A stretch of DNA of 64,000 nt from Mobula hypostoma (Eukaryota), in assembly GCF_963921235.1 (NCBI RefSeq), contig NC_086109.1:1984001-2048000 (forward strand), read 5' to 3'. Position 1 is the first letter of the stretch, and each line of letters begins with the position of its first letter. Of this stretch, positions 62,140 through 64,000 are shown piece after piece. A model generated the notes under the pieces. The model saw nothing but the letters and a program-made list of their open reading frames with translations. It did not search any database and had not been told where the DNA came from. Both the position numbers and the translations under genes were made by a program.

Positions 62140-62340
62140 ATGAGAAAATCTGCAGATGCTGGAAATCTGAGCAACACACACAAAATGCTGGAGGAACTCA
62201 GCAGACCAGGCAGCATCTATGGAAAAGAGTGGACAGTTGACATTGCAGGCTGAGACCCTTCATCAGAGAAAGGAAAGGGGCTGGAGAAGAAGGTATCTGA
62301 TAGGAGAGAACAGAGGGTAATGGGAGAAAGGGAAGAGGAG
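62140..62340 (-). mobile_element. Penelope-like tail with degenerate hammerhead
   Basis: Minus strand CTGATGAagggtctcagcctGCAA. Confidence 0.6.
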
Positions 62341-62584
62341 GGGCATTTATTTTTCAATGGGACATCATTGTGTTTTGAGTCTATGCCCTGTGGTCGAAGA
62401 CACCTCACCCTGCCCATATGAAACATCCTCTCCAAGTCCATTGGTTTAAGTCTTTCAATATTCAGAATCAGAATCAGGTTTATTATCACTGGCATGGGTC
62501 GTGAAATTTGTTAATTTTGAGGTAGCAGGACAATGCGATGCATGATGACAGAGAGAAAGAAACTGAATTGCAGTAAATATACGT

Positions 62585-63953
62585 ATCGAATGTATAATTT
62601 TCTAATCATTGGGACCTTGTTTTGGGGAGGTGTGACCTGTACAAAAAGGATGGGTTGCACTTGAATCCCAGGGGGACCAATATCCTGGTGGGGAGGTTTG
62701 CTAAGGCTGCTGGGAGGAGTTCAAACTAGAATTGTTGGGGAGTGGGAACCGAACTAAAGAGACTGGGGAAGAGACGGTTGGCTCACAAATAGAGAAAGCT
62801 TGCAGACAGTGTGTGAGGGAGGATTGGCAGGTGATAGAGAAGGGACACCCTCAGACCGACGGTTTCAGATGTGTCTATTTCAACGTAAGGAGTATTGTGA
62901 ACAAAGCGGATGAGCTTCGAGCATGGATCAGTACTTGGAGATATGAAGTTGTGGCCATTACAGAGACTTGGATGGCTCAGGGACAGGAATGACTACTTCA
63001 AGTGCCAGGTTTTAGATGTTTCAGAAAGGACAGGAAGGGAGGCAAAAGAATTGGGGGCATAGCACTGTTGATCAGAGATCGTGTCACGGCTGCAGAAAAT
63101 GTGGACGCCATGGAGGGATTGTCTACGGAGTCTCTGTGGAACAGAGACCCTGAGAACAGAGGTTAGGAACAGGAAGGGGTCAATAACTTTACTGGGTGTT
63201 TCTTATAGGTTGCCCAATAGTAACAGGGATATTGAGGAACAGATGAGGAAACAGATCCTGGAAAGGTGCAATAATAACAGATTTGTCTTGATGGGAGATT
63301 TTAATTTCCCAAATATTGATTGACATTTCCCCAGAGCAAGGAGTTTAGATGGGAGAGAGTTTGTTAGGTGTGTTCAGGAAGGTTTCTTGACACAATATGT
63401 AGATTAGCCTACAAAAGAGACTGTACTTGATTTGGTATTGGGAAATGAACCTGGTCAGGTGTCAGGTCTCTCAGTGGGAGAGCATTTTGGAGATAGTGAT
63501 CATAATTCTATTTCCTTTACAATAGCATTGGAGAGGCATAGGAACAGACAACTCAGAAAAGCATTTAATTGGACTATGGCGAATTATGAGGCTATCAGGC
63601 AGGAAATTAGAAGCTTAAATTGGAAACAGATGTTCTCAGGGAAAAGGACAGAACAAATGTGGCAAATACTCAGCGGATATTTGTGTGGAGTTCTGCACAG
63701 GTAGGTTCCAATGAGACAGGGAAATTATGGTAGGGTACAGGAACCATGGTGTACAAAGGCTGCAATAAATCTAGTCAAGAGGAAAAGCTTGCAAAAGTTT
63801 CAGAGAGCGAAGTAATGTTGGAGATCTAGAAGATTATAAAGCTAACAGGAAGGAGGTTAAGAAGGAAATTAGGACAGCCAGAAGGGGCCATGAGAAGGCA
63901 TTGGTGAGCAGGATTAAGGAAAACCCCAAGATACTCTGCAAGTATGTGAAGAG
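62585..63953 (+). mobile_element. CR1 ORF1 end and endonuclease region
   Basis: DGLHLN, YFNVRSIVNKADELRAW..ETW, GDFNFPNID, SDHNSISF. Confidence 0.85.
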
Positions 63954-64000
63954 TGTCACGTACCCTGTGATGGGTTAAAGAACCATCAGAAATGGAAAAC
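63954..64000 (-). mobile_element. Start of an LTR of the 29873 family (runs off the window)
   Basis: tgtcacgtaccctgtgatgggttaaagaacc matches 29873 onward. Confidence 0.7.

Overview
Vertebrate genomic DNA, most likely an elasmobranch (probably a ray), judged from its CR1/HER1-type LINEs, HE1/V-SINE-like SINEs and Penelope tails. Most of the window is transposon-derived: nested CR1 LINEs, Rex1-type and L2 LINEs, Penelope-like fragments with hammerhead motifs, a sushi-type chromovirus, a Gmr1-type Gypsy with INT before RT, solo LTRs, Tigger relics and a class I ERV gag relic. The host content is a rapidly evolving cluster of small immunoglobulin-superfamily exons. One paralog lies on the + strand (TM and cytoplasmic exons, 0.8-7.1 kb). 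A minus-strand array at 41.5-59.3 kb holds disulfide-less CD2/SLAM/CEACAM-like V exons followed by pairs of duplicated transmembrane exons only 30-47 nt apart. In that array I found no C2 exon and no leader exon between cassettes; it also shows a near-identical intronic conversion tract and an inverted copy of a V splice acceptor. A CpG-rich candidate promoter with roughly 29-bp-phased CCAAT boxes lies near 9 kb. All exon models, alignments and identities were worked out by eye and need computational or RNA confirmation.
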